Origin: Camelus dromedarius
Lineage: Eukaryota
Direction of reading: 5' to 3'
NCBI RefSeq assembly: GCF_036321535.1
Contig: NC_087437.1
Coordinates: forward strand, 46,254,001 to 46,318,000
DNA: 64,000 nt
Of this stretch, positions 46,866 to 60,537 are shown piece by piece; the stretch's first letter is position 1, and every line of letters begins with the position of its first letter. Made by a program: the position numbers and the translations under genes. Under the pieces are notes generated by a model. That model made no database searches and had not been told where the DNA came from. It saw nothing but the letters and a program-made list of their open reading frames with translations.

Positions 46866-49800
46866 TTGGCTACCAAACCTTGCAAACTTCATTTTAAATT
46901 AAGAACCAGAGCTTCAAGGGGTGGTGAGGGTGGTTCGTTGCTTGGGTAACAAAGTGTGCTTCCTCTCCTCTCTGCTTCCACTAGCCCTTCCTCTACAGGA
47001 AGCAAACAACATTAAGCAAATAAACAAGAAAACCAAAGTGTGAATTCTTTCATAAAGACATTCAAGGCTACTGTTTAGTTTGCACATACAGTCTGCATTC
47101 CATCTCTGGAGGTCACCAGACATGTGACGCCTCCGTGTGAGTGCTGCTTGCTGGAGCTGTGCAGTGTGGCAGTCCTGGAATCCTCAACGGTGCCACTTGT
47201 CTGAAATGTGCAAGGTCTCCAATGACTTCAGCCCCCATGTTGTACCATGGTGGTGCTCTGGGACACTCCAAGCGTTCCTGTGGAAGTTGCTTTTAGCTTA
47301 GTCCTGGTCTGGCAGGTGGGGTCAAAATGGCACCTAGAATCTTCATCTGTTAAGGATAACATGCAGCTGTAAACACTCATTTTGAATGTTTTGGATCTAC
47401 AGATTTGTGAACTGAGAGATCTCAATAAGATGAGAGTTATTTAACATTATGTTTCTCTCTCTAAAAAGAGGAAGAACCACTTTATATAAATATCAACTTT
47501 AATTACAAGAATGTATGATGTCATTATGGTATGAGTTTGTTGAAAGCCTAGTAATTGGATTATCATTGTGGGCTGTCATTAAGTAGAATGTCACTCTAGA
47601 TTACAGGACCAGCTTAACTTGAGTCATAGAGTGTTCTCTGGGTTTGTTTCCCCTGGAGAGTCAGGCTACCCTCCTGTTTGAAGTAATTTTTTTTTGTGGA
47701 GTTGCATATGAGGATGTGCCATGTCTGCATTTGTCCATTTTTATTCCAGTGAATAAGAAAAGCTGCTTTTTAATCTGTTTAATTCATTTTCACAGATGAG
47801 TGCATTTGCGAAAGTGGAGAGCAGAGACATGAGGTGAAATCGGGAGCCCTGACAAAAGCCATTGGCAAAGGCGTGATTTACAATAAATGAGAATCTTGGA
47901 ATTCTTTTGCCAAATTATGCAGACCTTTCCAGAAAGAGCAAGTCACAGCAGATCAGATAACCAGCTCATAATTAACAGTGACAAAGAGCAGCATTGCTCC
48001 CATCCTACCCCTTCTGCTGGTTTCCTCATGGGTGTCAATGGTGGGAGACACTTCTGGGACTTTGGGAGGTGATAAGTACAACTGGAAAGGAAGGGAGAGA
48101 GAGACTGGGTGTAAAGGGAGGAGGGCCGCGTTGTTCAGCCCCATTTGAGGACTTCATTCCTGTTGCCTGGCTGCTTAAGTTCCCTTGGATTTGCCAAAGC
48201 CAGAAGGGGCTGCAAAAGTAACTTAGTTGGACCCAAGTGAATTAAAATGATTTGTTCAGTCATTATAAGAACTTTGGCAATAAAGAGGGACTCAAGGCCT
48301 GGCCAACACAAAGAAAAATACTCCGTGGTAAAAGGAAGAAAATCTCTGTAGCATAATTCCTCTGATTTTGCACCTGACAGTTCAAACAATGATACAATTG
48401 AGTCCCGAATGACTCCAAGATGTTCACAGATGTACCACACAAATGTGTACTTTGGGGGACTGGGCATAACCTTGATATGTGAGATTGTGGCCAGTTCAGT
48501 GTTCCAACCCTGGCCTGGATCTCTGCCTCTGTGTCCTACTGGGTTTCCACCTGGTTGCATTCTGATTCCTTTCATTTCTGGCACAACCCTGTAGTTTTCC
48601 AGTCCAGAACCCAATGTGGTCTTTGCAAATCAGAGCATCATATGGATAGAAAAGTAGGTAACATTGAGCCATCTCATTTGTCCTCACAGCATTCGTTTGA
48701 TGTAGGGAAGGACAGTAATTAAAAATGACATTGTAGTGAGCCACAGTGAAGCAGTGAGAAGTCAAAGGCCAAGACCAGGAGATGGTGGTGACTAGGGATG
48801 AAAACCCTAGGCTTCTAACAGCCAGTCTTAAGACTCTTGGACTGAATGAAATTGCTAGCGTACAACAGGGAAACAGAAAAGCTATGTTAGTATTTTTTTA
48901 AAATAATCAGTAGACCACATTCCAGCTAAAATTAATAGGCAAATAGAACCTATTTCTCTCTTTGTTGCTTTTGTCAAGTCAGATTTTCTTTTTTATATAT
49001 GCTGCTTGGTCAAAAGCATCTGGAAAAGCGGCTAAGTCGTTTCTCACTGTTTCCCTTCAGTTCTGACAACACAGAATTGGAAACTGAGAATGTGCATGCC
49101 ACCTCTGAGAGCATTACTGCTCTGGTCCCCAGATCCCTAGAGCTGCCTTATAGCACTGGGCCAGCGCTGTCTGCTCAAGATGAGTGCTCACCTGGGTGCT
49201 ACCAGGCTCTGTAGCGAAGGGTCTCAGAGCAAATGTCAGCCAACACAGGCCCCATCCTCAAGTGCTCAGTCCAAGTGTTTTATAAAGTTTCCTTGCTGGG
49301 GAGCATTTCCTTAAGGAAATATTGCTGGCAGTGCCAGTGCCAGCACTTTAGGATCCTTATATAGCTCATGACTATCACAGTGGCCTTGGATGTCTTCCTC
49401 CTAATTGTAATTCATTGTCTCTCCCTAGAAGCTTCTCACATTGGACTTCTTGATGGCAGAACATTGCGATGGAAAGAAACCGTCTTTGGGCTTGGAGCTC
49501 TGAGACCTGGGTTCTGTTTGATGGATTTGGTATGTTTTTCCATTGTTAGGCTGTTTGTCTGGTAGGATGAGAGATGTCTCCTGATTCTGTTTTGGGAAAT
49601 TTCATTCTTAGTTCAAAACATTGGTTCTAGCCTCAAGGAACTTCAGTCTAACTTCAATTCTAAAGGAATTTCCTTTCTAAGGAAAAAAGGCATACATCAT
49701 TATTCTTTAGTTACTTAAGAAATTAGTATTTGCAAAATGACTTTTAGGTAGTCAGTGGAAGGGTTTCTTTTGCCTGCCAAGGTAATCTAATTTCAGTGAC

Positions 49801-51846
49801 TTTTTTTTTCTTAAATGCTGCTGAATTAATCACCTTGCTTTGTCTTTGCGGCACAGCCATTACTAATTGTAGACTTTCAGAGCTAAAGGGACTTGGAGTT
49901 CAGTTCTTTTTGTAGATAAGGACATTCAGATCCAGATACATCACTGCATTTGCAGGTGTATAAGACACATCCTTCCCCAAATATATCAAAAACTTACTTG
50001 CATCTTATGAGTCATGGTTGCTGACTGAAAGAAGATGTAAATACTGAATTCGTTTTAGAGCAGTTATGTCATCAAAAGAGAAAATACATTATTTTGTTCA
50101 TATAGTATAATGCATTTTCAGTAGAAAATTGGAAGTTGTGAGTATATAGTAACATGTAATCTGAAAAAGGTAAATTTTAAAGAATAGTTGTGTTCATGCA
50201 TGCAGTATCGCTTAGCACTTTGAATAAATATGTGAAAAAATTACAGAAAATGCCCCCCTCCCCAGTATTCTTCTGTGAAATTGTACATGCATTCTGCACA
50301 AGAGCAAATGTGTTCAATAACGTTTTAAAATCTCACATAACCCAACTGTGCTTTGCAAACACCCGGGGCCCCTTCAGAAAAAATCACTTGTAAACAATTT
50401 TCGGAACTGCTAAAAGGATTTCATAGGTTTTTTTCTCCTTTACCAAAGAAAGCCTTGAGAGAGGAGGAGGAGCAGGCAGGGGTGGGGAGTGTCAGCGATA
50501 AGAGCTAGAGCTACTGCTGCCAGAACCCCACGCCCAGGGCTGGTTACTGACTCAGTATGGAGGGAAACTGAGAGAGAGATTCAGCTGGTGCTTAAGAAAA
50601 AAAAAAAAAAAAAAGAGTGCAAATCTGCTCTCAGCAAGTAACAGCCTCCGTCATTTTAACCTGGGCCAAGTGGGTGGGACTGCCCCTCCCCCATCAGCAC
50701 CCACAGTCCTCTGGCTGCCCTTGACTTTCATTTATTCTGATTTTACCGGCACAAAACAAAGACAAGGCCCAGGGAGGCACAGTAGGAACTGCCCCGGGCT
50801 GCACTCTAGACCCCCATCTGAATGGGAAGTGGGCTATTAGTCCCTGAAATTGCTCTCTGGGTTTTCCTTGGTATGTACAGTTCTTTTTTGTACTTACATA
50901 CTTTTTTCTTTCTTTCTCTCTCTCTTTTTTTAAATACCTTGGTTTTGAATTGGCCAGCAGACCTGTCTGTTTGCTCAGCTTGATCTAAATTGGCTTTTGG
51001 CTCAAACTTCAGGTGGTTTTTCAGTTTGACTGCGCTCCTCTCTCTCCAGGAAGGCAAGTTCGCCCCTATTTAGCATTTCTGCTGACAGAGAACCAGCAGG
51101 CTTGCTGTTTGAATCTACATCTGAATGTACTATTTGGCCAGAAAAATAAAATAAAATAAAATACAAAATCACTCTTTTAGATTCGTGGAACTTGGTTGCT
51201 TTATTTTTGGCCCCAATGCTCCTCTGTCATGTTGTTTTACATTTCTCTGGAATTCACTCTTCTGTGGCATTTTCAGTACATTCTCTATGTGTTGCCAGCT
51301 TTTATGAACAAATGGGAGACAGTCTGAGTTCTGAATAGTGTGTTCATCCATCACAGTACAGTGACAGGAGGCATCTATAGTGGTGACACACCACACACAG
51401 ATACTACCTTTGGAGAATTGTGTTTTGAAAACAAATTGTCCCTTAATTTCCTAAATCAATCAAGCCTCCACACTTAGTACTAAGTGTGTCAGTGATGAAC
51501 CTATGTATGCTTCTAAAAAAGTAATAATTAATCATTACTGTGCAGGTACAGCATTATGTATTAAGATTGGTAGCTCAGAACTACTCACAGAATATTAAGG
51601 ATAAAAGCTAGTAACTCTCCTTCCCATAAGACAATTTCAAACAACATTTTTCTTAAAATTTAATTTTCAGATTCTATATTTGATTTCATGTTGATAAACA
51701 AATTTGGGTGAACAGAGAGGTTCATAAAAATTGTACTTTACAGAATTGCCAGGGTACTTGTGGCTCTGTATTGATCTAGCTTAGAAGCTGTGAGTGAAAC
51801 CAGGTGGCATGAGTGGATGGACAAAGACAGTAAAAAGAATTACTGC

Positions 51847-52312
51847 TGTTAAAGAAAAAACAGGGGTTGACAGTAAAATAGCCAAAACAGATTTTACTCA
51901 GGAACTACTGCAGTAGGGGGAAAGAGTTTTCAGTTCTCAGTATAGAACTGGGCTCAATTTCAAATACAGCATGAACAAATGGGGATTTACAGCCAAGGAG
52001 CAAGGTGGGGGTCAGTGGATGGAAAATTACTAGGAGAAAGCATGGGATGGGGGAGGGTATCAGTTAAACAGACCCAGCAGGATTCTTGAAGTCAGGCCAG
52101 GGTGATTAGATATCACCTGGGGAATGATGGGGGATGAAGAATTTGATCAGATATCAAGGGTGATCAGATTTGGAGGATTCTCTCTAAACTGACTTAGCAG
52201 GATTCTTGCTAAAACTGGGTGATAAAGGTCCAAGGAAGATGGACACCAAGGTTGAAGCCCAGAGGGCTCAGAGGAGCCTGATTAAAGTATAGTCAAGGAC
52301 AGAGTTTTGTCA
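51847..52312 (-). mobile_element. ERV1-class solo LTR (MER31-like)
   Basis: TG...CA ends; minus strand begins TGACAAAACTCTGTCCTTGACTATACTTTAATCAGGCTCCTCTGAGCCCTCT (recalled MER31 start); internal palindrome ttagcaggattcttgctaa; 4-bp flanks ctgc / ccac. Confidence 0.85.
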
Positions 52313-52329
52313 CCACAAAGATGTCTGAT

Positions 52330-52720
52330 TGTGGCTTTAATTGGGATAGGTTAGGTATACTGTGGTTAAAAAAAAAAAAGAACAAAAAACACCAAATTTC
52401 TTTCCTGCTGACCTTTGCTTGTGGGCAAGAGAGGAGAAAGTTTGTTTATATGATCACTCATGGAACCTAACTGATATAATCTTCAACATCTTATAACTGA
52501 GTTTTCTGGAACAATCCGCCCTCTTTGGTTACCAGAGCAGGTGAAGAGACTAGAGAGCTGTACAAAGGCTTTTCATTGTCTCAGCCACAAGGGACAGTGC
52601 CACTTCCTCTCACAGCCCCCTGGCCAGAACCAGTAACATCATCCTGACCAATTTTAGACATGGGGGCTGGGAAGAGTATGTGTATCGGAGGATACTTAAT
52701 GAGGATTGCTATGTGTCCTG
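52330..52720 (-). mobile_element. Old MaLR LTR fragment (MLT1K/L-like)
   Basis: gggataggttaggtatactgtggttaaaa...cacttcctctcacagccccctggccagaaccagtaacat...gggggctgggaa. Confidence 0.6.
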
Positions 52721-53170
52721 TGTTTACACTTATATGTATATTCATGCATGCCTTCTGTTTCTTTTAGGAACAAGGACAAGAGAAATGTTGCAAATAGGTA
52801 ATACAAATACAGGGCCATTCTTAAACTGCTGAGATATTTCTTGTAGTTTCAATTCAGCATAATTATTAAAATATATTTAAAACATCAAGCAAAATAATTA
52901 CATGAAATATCCTTACCCTCGACCCCAAAATTCTCAAATAATGGATATTGAGATCTCCTATTTCCAAGAGTTAGTGTCCTTTGGACTTTATTTCAGAAAA
53001 CATTTTGAAAGGGGACAACTTAGGAATGTTCTTTTAAGAGTATCCTCTTTGGGGGCAGTGCTATAGGGAGGGATTATGAACTGTGCTACATTAGCCTAGC
53101 CATAGTGGTGCTTTTGACCAGATTGATATCCATGCATGGATGTGTATATATGTATGTACACATGTGTATA

Positions 53171-53387
53171 CAGTTGACCCTTGAACAATGGAGAGGTTAG
53201 GGGCACTGACCCTCCATGCAGTAAAAATCCCCATGTAATTTATTGTCAGCTTTTCACACTCCAGTGCCTGTGTGCCTGCAGATTCAGCCAACCCCGAATC
53301 ATGTGGTACTGTAACATTTACTGTTGAGAAAAATTCATGTCTGAGTGGTCCACACAGTTCAAACCTGTGTGGTTCAAGGGGCAGCTG
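53171..53387. mobile_element. MER8-like TcMar-Tigger MITE
   Basis: TA|CAGTTGACCCTTGAACAA ... GGTTCAAGGGGCAGCTG|tg: terminal inverted repeats and TA target, embedded in a TA/TG-rich tract. Confidence 0.9.
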
Positions 53388-56149
53388 TGTATGCGTATAT
53401 ATATGATATGTGTATGTGAGTGTGTATATAAAATGGAATGTGTGTGGGTGGGGTTTGCTTCCTGCAGGACGGCCCAGGCCCTGTGACTTCCTATTGCTTA
53501 CCTCAGTTGATTTTCTAATTTTGTGTTATCTGATGGGACTCCTGGACTTGTTACCCCTGTGAAAAGGGGTGAAGAAAGCCCCTCCGTGGGGCTCTTTCCC
53601 TCGCGCTCATTGGAAGTATGTAACAGAAACTGGCTGTCATTTAATAGTTTCTCAGCAAACAATAGGTAGATTTACTAGTTAACTCAGAGAAATGAGTGAA
53701 TAATTGGACATGCAGTGCGAACTATGCTAACTCTGGCAGTACTGGACATTTAAAAGGTCAAAAAAGCCTCTGTTATGGCAAAAGGAAAATTTCAATTATG
53801 TAAATAGGGGGTTTCACTATATTACTTGTGTTAATCTCTTATTCCCAAAGGAGTAAATGGTTTTAGTGTGTGGTGTACAACACAGAGCCATTACGTCCAT
53901 AAAAGCAGTATGTCGTGGGAGAAATAGAAAAGTCTAATTTAATTTAACACTGATGCATCATGAGGAGTGTCTGGCTTTTCAATATTATGCCTCAGAGCCA
54001 TGAATGTGGAGCAGATAAAGTTCCCCTGCTGCATGTGAAGCAGTAAGGCCCACCCATAAGGTGAGCCCTCGAGGACCTACAGGGCGGTGTCTGCCTTGCT
54101 GTGTGCCTGGAGCCAGACCATTTTTTCTTTAACCAAAACACATGATTGGGAACAGAAAATTTTTGATATCCACATGTCAAGTCAGTTAGAATTAACTAGT
54201 CTGCTGAGCAGCTGAACCAAATTTTACAAACTCGAGCTCGTTTGGGGTCCTAGATTCCTTCCCGGCATGCTGATTTTCAAGCTGGTGCCCATTATGCTGC
54301 TCATATTAAAATGCTATGAAAGCAAAGCATTTTGTGTTGAGTAGTTGAGCAAACTCTATTATACAGTAATTATACTATCAGTATAGAATCTAATTTTATA
54401 TGGAGGATGGGGTTTTAACCAAATGAAAGAGGAAAACTAACGAACAGAATTTTTTTCATTATCACTATGGGATGGTAAAATTGCAGAACTATGCTAACTT
54501 GGGAGGCTATTTTTAAGCCTCTTTCTACTAAATAAAATTAACTCCAAGTTTGCTGGATTTTAACAAGACTTAGCCACTGTAACAATGAATGTAAATTCCA
54601 AGGGGTTGCCTCTATTTGCTGCTTATTAGGCATGCAAAAATATCTGTCAATGACCAATCATAGGCACACTTGCTCCATTATCCATGCTATTTTAAGCATC
54701 ATTGAAACACTAGGTCTCAGGTTACAAGTGAAGAGGACCTTCCCAGATGTAATTCTTGCTGACAGTGTGTATGTTGGAAGATGAGGGAGGGGGAGGGGAA
54801 GACCTAGTTAGCTATAGCATCTGAGATACTCAAGTTACTTATGAGGTAATAGGATTGGTTATATCATTTATGGGATTTAATTAAATACTTACTAAGTGCC
54901 TGCCATGTGCAGGGCATCCTGTTAGGGACTGTGGTTGAGTCAGAGTAGGGTCAATACTTAGGGAATATATAATCTGCTGTATGTCCGTTGTGTGTGTTTA
55001 TTAGTTGCTATGTAAGTATTGGGAATTTAATTAATTACAAAGAAAGGAATTTATCTAGAATGTGGATTATTCAGGCACGTTATTGCTCCTTTTCTTCTGA
55101 CTATTTTACAGCTCACATCTACCTCCTCAGAGAGAAAGATGAAAAACTAAATGGAAATAAAACACAAAAGCTCATTTGTTGCTTGTTAGCAAACCTGGAA
55201 AATTGGATAGTTCAGAGCAAGATAATGTGCAAGTTAAGACTTAGAGACTAGGTGATTTTTGTTTGTTGTTTGATGCTTATTGACAGATGATAATATATGT
55301 ATTCATTTGTGGTACACACAATGTATTGCAAAAACATTCATATATACAAATAGATGAATATTAAGAATATACTGCATGCATCCTACACACGCTTGAGGGT
55401 GTGTGTGCACATAATGTCTATGTTCTGTTACAGCTAAAGCCAGAGGAAAAGCAAATCCAGTAACCAGATTTCAGTGTGAATTTCCACAGTAAAGGGTCAT
55501 TGTTTGTGTGAGGCTCTCCACTTGGATGCAGGGTCAGTGCTGAGTCTGTGATCCTTCTGTGAAATATGTGGCTTACAAAATATACTTGTAGAAAGCAGAA
55601 TTTCACTTATTTAAGAAGTATTAATGCATTAATATACATTGGGAACCTTAATTTTAAAAATCTTCATAATAAAACAAAATCAGAAACTGTGTGAACTCAT
55701 TTGCTACATTGTCCTTCTCTGACACACTTCAAGTAGTGGCAGGTCTTCTCCCAAGAAATATGCCATTTTTACTGTTGTCATTTACTCTGGGTTCTACTTT
55801 TCTTTTGCAAACTTACGAAGAGAAACTCTACTTCCAGCAGGAGTTCTGGCTTCCCAGTTGGCCAGAATCTCAGGGGAGGAGGGGCTACCCCTGGAGAAGG
55901 GTCAGGACGGAAAAGGGGGTTTTCTTCATCCTTCCCTTTCCTTTCACATCAAATGGCCACATCCCCTCCTAGGGAACTTGGCAAGTCTTGCAGCCTGGGG
56001 CTCTTCCCTTCAAAATTTGATCTTCTTATCTTAATCCAGTAGTTCCCAGTCTTTTGGGGTATGAATGATAGCACTTTTCAACTGAAAATGTTCATGAACT
56101 CCTTCCCAGGTTTTTATCATCCTTTTAAGTCATGATCCTAGAGACCTTC

Positions 56150-56362
56150 CCCCTCCCTTCACTCAGGAAAGTTATGGGAAATATTCTTACTAGTTTGGGT
56201 CACATATCCGTTCATTCCTCAGACGTCAGGTCTAGCCCGCTGGATAGGATCAGCCCCATCTGAACCACATGAAATGGGCCCCTGACAGAAAAGAGCAGTT
56301 TTATGACCAGAATAAAGGAGATGAGATGATAAGCTGGCAAAAAAGTAAATGTTTCCCCACAC
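56150..56362 (-). mobile_element. Old MaLR LTR fragment
   Basis: tagtttgggtcacatatcc...cagccccatctgaaccacatg...gctggcaaaaaagtaaatgtttccccaca. Confidence 0.45.
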
Positions 56363-57404
56363 TTACAAAAGTACTTTAAACATTATGTAACAATCTACAA
56401 ACATATAGCACTGATTTCCTTCTTTTGTTCTAGTATAGATTAAAAATAATGCTTAAAAATCAAGCAGTTATGTTAACAAATGTAGCATACATGTTAGCAT
56501 TGTGCACTACTTCATCAGTTTTTAATGTGTATAGAGTCAGCTCTCTTACTTTTCTATTTGGTAGCTTAAATGCCCACCTGCTTTTATGAACAGAAATCCC
56601 AGGACATCTTTCTTGGACTTCCTGTCAACCCTGATTTGTCCAGAATGTTCCAAAATTGATTCTGTCCAGAGAGTCAATCCGTGATGTCCTTAGGATTCTT
56701 TCTTGCTTCTGCTCTTATTACCATATAGTGTTCCTGTGGAAGAGTGGGCCTGCATACCCCAATGACATTTCTCTGTTTTTTGCATTGAATCTGCTTCTTC
56801 ACACTGGCAGAGCTTCAGTGGGCTGTCTTGGGCTCCAGGACTCCAGCTCACTTGCACAAATACTATTTACCAACACTCAGGCTGGGAGATTCCAACTTCA
56901 GCTTAATACTGTGCAGGAGCTGGCTATTTCCCATGGGTTTTTTGGCCAGTAGGATAGATTGCAAGACCACAAGCCCCTGTTTCTGGTAAGTTCTCCCTGG
57001 GAATCTTGGGGTCCTACATTGACAGTAAACCTTGGCCGTATCCTGTAGTCCTTGCCCACTGGTGTCTATACCCTTGAGTCTTGGTAGGAACCTGAGTGAG
57101 TTTCTCTCAGAAAGACATCTGGGCTCCTTAAGCAAATTGGTTTATCTTCTCATTCCCTAAAGAGGGAAATTGTTTTTCCTTCCCAAGCTTTTGGGAGGAG
57201 GAAGTTTTATTCTCAGAGCAAGGGGGTGCTTCTTAACTCTAATTTTTACAAAACAGCCAGGCACCTGTTCCAAAACAACAACAAAGTCTTCCTCAAGGAG
57301 ACTTTCTCTTTCCAGATGGTATAAGGCTGGCATAATCATTAAAAAATTCTCCCTCCCTGGGCATCCTCGGAACACAAAGGAAAACCTGGATTTCTGCCTC
57401 TAGC

Positions 57405-58196
57405 TTGTCCCTCCTGATGTGTTCCCCATGTTTATGAATCAGTGGCATCTCTTTCTACCCAGATGACCAAGGCAGAGAACTGGAAGTCAGGTTTGGCTCT
57501 TTTTTCTTTTTTTAACTTCCCTACTCCATTTGAGCAATTAGCAAGTGTTGTCATTTCTACTTCCTAAATATCAGTTGATTGTATTTCCTTTCATCCCATT
57601 CCCATGAACTTTCTTAGTCTCTCCTCTGGACCTCTCCAGCAGGCCCTTCTGACCTGGTGTCCACACTGTAGCCTGGGCTTTCACTAAAATGCAGGTGTGA
57701 TCATGTGACTCCCCTGCGTACAGCTTACAGGTGGCTTCCCATTGTCTTTAGGTAAGATTCCAGAAACAGTCCAGGATCTTTCTCATCTCTCCAGCTTGTC
57801 TCTCACTATTTCCTTTTTCACAATCTTTGTTCTGCCTATGCCAAGTCCTCACACTTATGTGGGGGTCCAGGCTCTCTGACTTCTGGATCTATTGCTTGTG
57901 CAGTTCCTACTCTCTGGAAACTTCCCTCCCCACTTCCTCTTTCTTGATGTTGTGTGTATTGGTACCTAAGTTCAGATTGCCAGCATTCCCCTAGCCTGGT
58001 TGAGATGCCCCACCTGTATATTCTCTCCCATGTCACCCTATACATCATTGCTCCTTAAATTGCCTTTCCTGTCCACAAGACATCAAGCTTCATGAAGACA
58101 TCCAGCCATGTCTGCTCATGGACTGTCATGCTCTCAGGCAGTAGAACAGCGCCTGTGCATAATGAGCACCCAATACATATTTATTTAAATAGTAAG
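57405..58196 (+). mobile_element. L2 LINE 3' region
   Basis: aaaatgcaggtgtgatcatgtgactcccctgc...gtggcttcccattg...caagcttcatgaagaca...gcacccaatacatatttatttaaat. Confidence 0.8.
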
Positions 58197-59367
58197 TACA
58201 TTAATACACCTCAGAAGGCAGCATGGTCCAGGGGAGAGAGTTTTCACTGGGAGTCAGAGGGGGAGAATTTTGCCATGTTTTTTTCACTCTCTGTATGATT
58301 TTTATGTAAGATGCTACATGAATTTTCCACTTAGATGAGAGCTCACACCCTGTTGGGAAAGTGTCTGGTCCTTAGTTTGGGGCTCCGGGCAGAGAGCTGT
58401 GCTTCTGGAGGCAGCGCTCAGCAGCTCTTTTTGATTAACTCATATTTTCTACCTATGACTCTAACTACTAAGGGAAAATGTGAATGCCATATAGACACCT
58501 AAGAATATGAAGAAATATATTTGAAGGCCCCTGAGTGAGATGACTGATTAGGCTAACTCTGAATTTCCAGTACACTTGAATTGAAATAATAGTTTCAGAG
58601 GTAAAATTATACAACAGGAATAATGTTGCAAGCTGATAACACCAACTTTCTGACCCAAGGATGGTCTCTTTTCCTTCTGGAAACTGTATTTCCACCAATA
58701 ACATTCAGAAAGCTACTTATCTGGGCTGGAGTTCATGTGATTAGGTTAGACACAGGGTATGCTGGCAGTGGCTATTTGTACTGATTTTCTCCTCTTAAGA
58801 AATGCATTTAGAAAACGATTCAGTTCCTGTAAAGCAAAATACACATCTATTTTTTTTACACTGCATTTTTAAAATGGCAAATCATAAACTACTGACCTTA
58901 AGAGAAATTCAGTAAATCATTAAAATGCTGCTGCTCACAAGCCCAGCTCTGACTAATTCCTCACACTTGGCATTATCAGATACATTAAAACTTCACTCAC
59001 CCTCACCAACCACCTAAGTATTGCACACCCCAGCAGCCTTCTGCTAACTGTAAGCCTGTGAATCACGGTGATAGGATTTTCTTTCGGCACCAAATGTATT
59101 ATTTATGTGTTTATTTTCTAGGGTGGAGGGTGTGGAACCCAAATCCCTAGCTTCTCTGCAGCCCATGTGCTGTAAGGTTCCCCTTTGCAGAGAGGGATCC
59201 CTGATGGAGAGCAGCCTGTGGGCTTCTCACTCAGGGAAAGTGAGGGTTTCTCCTCAACTTAATTGTACCTGAGAAAATAATAGAAGGATTGACAGAGCCA
59301 AGACTGCCACTCTCAGACTGATATCATTTTGGGGTGGATGTGAAGATAAATACTTAAAACAATATTT

Positions 59368-59483
59368 TACTTTATTTATTTATTTTTTAACTTATTTTTT
59401 TTAAACGAAGCTATTGGGGATTGAACCCAGGACCTCGTGCATGCTAAGCATGCACTCTACTACTGAGCTATATCCCTCACCTC
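59368..59483 (-). mobile_element. tRNA-derived SINE (camelid Vic-1-like)
   Basis: Minus strand ...GATATAGCTCAGTAGTAGAGTGCATGCTTAGCATGCACGAGGTCCTGGGTTCAATCCCCA with intact B box GGTTCAATCC; (AAAT)n tail. Confidence 0.9.
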
Positions 59484-60537
59484 TATTTTATTTATTTATT
59501 TATTTTTGATAGTGGTGATTTTTAAATTTCAGTCACTTGAGTTAGAAAACTAATCATCTCTCATTTTAACGATTCAAATACTGCAGCTGTATTTAAGGTA
59601 ACAATTAAAAGTCTTCTCAAGTTGTCTCTTCTCCCACTCATATGCTACTGTATAGTTTCCTAATTTTTATCTTGCTGTGATTATATAAGCATATAGCCAC
59701 ATGTATGGGAGCTTTGTTTTCTTTCTATTTAAGAATATTTACACTGGAGGCTCATACTGAACATACTGCACTGTAACTTGCTTTATTTGTTTATTTGATT
59801 ATTTTCTGTCTATCATTTATTTATTTATTAACTTATGTCGTGGATTTCTCCACTCGTCCTCTCTTCTGAACTCTGTTACAAGATGTCTGCTCTGTGCCAT
59901 GAATCTGTCACCTGTGGACCCTGGTATGTTCCTGTGTTTACTACTCTAGTTTCATGTGGTCTTGTTTTCTCACTCCAACTAGATTTAAAGACAAAGATGG
60001 CTTTATCTTTCAGGGCTTACCACTCAGTAACTGATGGTTTAGAGTTGTTTTTAATCAACTCTTAGGGCTGAATTTCAGTTTAATTTAAACAGACTCCTGT
60101 TTGTAGACATATGCTTTGGAGCAATGTGTTTCATGTTCTCTGGCCACTAACCAATTTCCGCACCTATGTGCAGAGCTAAATATCTGTGCAACCAAAGTGA
60201 AACAAACAATTATGCAATTACTTAGATAATTCAGGGAAAGAAGGGAGTCTGCCTGAATGATTCAGGTGATCTTGGCTACTGGACCTTGTATAGAGGGAAC
60301 AAATTCTTTCCTTTGTCATTTCAAAGCTATGGGGATGAACCCTGTTGGGGATGGGTTGAATTTTGTGAGTGGGCAAGAATGCTTTGTAAAGGCTTCCCAG
60401 GTAATTGTGAAAATCACCTTCTCTATTTGAAGATTATTGTTACAGAAAGTGATTATGTAACCTGGCATTGTGCTGGAGGTTGAGAGCAATGATGAGTAAA
60501 AATACATAAGGTCTCTGCCCTCACATAGCTTACAGTC

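Noticed and set aside
48135..48614. 159-aa minus-strand ORF
   Set aside because: Begins at a non-ATG codon, has no recognisable domain, and probably overlaps an old unclassified repeat.
53719..54499. Exact 14-mer GAACTATGCTAACT at 53719 and 54486
   Set aside because: No poly(A) or element between the copies, so not a TSD; a rough count gives about 0.2 or more such nearby pairs by chance in 64 kb.
44491..59483. Three tRNA-like sequences with A and B boxes
   Set aside because: A-rich tails, TSDs and mutations show they are SINE copies, not tRNA genes.
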